From assembly GCA_965644315.1 (NCBI GenBank), contig CBFFRQ010000065.1:62001-126000 (forward strand): a stretch of DNA of 64,000 bases, in the 5' to 3' direction. Shown here in pieces: positions 63,801 through 64,000 of this stretch. The translations under genes and the position numbers were made by a program. A model generated the notes under the pieces. It ran no database searches and was not told where the DNA came from. It worked only from the letters and a program-made list of their open reading frames with translations. Positions within the stretch are counted from its first letter, which is position 1. Each line of letters opens with the position of its first letter. This DNA comes from Caecitellus pseudoparvulus (taxonomy: Eukaryota; Protista; Bigyra: Bicosoecida).

Positions 63801-64000
63801 CGAAGCTGCCTCGTGGAGGTGCATACTACGCCGAGATCCGAGCCTACGATGCGACCGACGTCGGCGACGGCGGCGCACAGGGTGTGGACCCCCTGCAGCC
63901 CCCCCTCTTCACAGTGCCCATTACTGTCGTGCGAGGAGCCATTCCCCAGCGCAACCCCGACGGTGGTGTCAACTACACCTTCGGGGCGCCCCCTGTCATG
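60867..64000 (+). CDS. TPP2: Tripeptidyl-peptidase II (subtilisin family), running off the window end; small 5' exons 60867-60905 and 60978-61016
   Basis: PTYDGRGVVIAVLDTGV/DPGAPGLQVT, SHGTHVAG, IKIGDTRLGSMET, SAGNSGP, WSSRGP and LMNGTSMSSP; the catalytic D-H-S triad is present. Confidence 0.93.

Noticed and set aside
697-64000. A proteostasis gene cluster (TRAP1, PA200, HSF, DnaJ, TPP2, SHP-box protein)
   Set aside because: The genes are dispersed among unrelated genes on both strands and belong to a common functional class; no evidence of operon-like organisation.
1-64000. Alternative genetic code, selenocysteine, non-canonical introns, transposons or viral inserts
   Set aside because: All reconstructed genes read with the standard code and GT-AG introns. 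I saw no transposase, RT or integrase motifs, terminal repeats or marked GC shifts.

Overview
This is eukaryotic nuclear DNA from a GC-rich (roughly 65% by eye), very gene-dense protist genome. Introns are mostly short GT-AG type (about 65-130 bp), often with GTGCGT, GTACGT or GTGAGT donors. This style and the gene set suggest a heterotrophic stramenopile-like flagellate (inference only). By splicing ORFs by hand I reconstruct about 27 protein-coding genes: a partial SHP-box protein, TRAP1, an IQ-motif orphan, a LYR/zinc-ribbon protein, a CNBD K+ channel, MED10, SPT4, a giant prominin-like pentaspan protein, a SAXO-like protein, an SLC25A42-type carrier, villin, a class II HDAC, PA200/PSME4, a TIM21-like protein, an HSF, a type I membrane orphan, a Ser/Thr kinase, TRM10, an SRSF10/SCL-like RRM protein, mitochondrial DnaJ, WDR76/CMR1, HMG-CoA lyase, a PPR-like orphan, a TCUP/TML-like TSET subunit, a YAR1-like ankyrin protein, a farnesol/phytol kinase and TPP2 (cut off by the window end). 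I saw no rRNA, tRNA, CRISPR array or transposon. The most notable observations are: (1) a strongly over-represented 11-mer, TCAATTTCCGC, clustered at gene 5' ends; (2) a roughly 1,700-aa prominin-like protein whose 23-nt micro-exon looks like a recursive-splice exon; (3) a longin + mu-homology TCUP/TML subunit hidden across micro-exons; (4) SPT4 with a long acidic tail; (5) a 53-bp antisense CDS overlap between MED10 and the channel; (6) an SR-type RRM protein with (DDRRGGY)n in place of RS; (7) an HSF with an altered recognition helix; (8) a kinase with APE changed to CPR. All family calls come from recalled motifs, not database searches.
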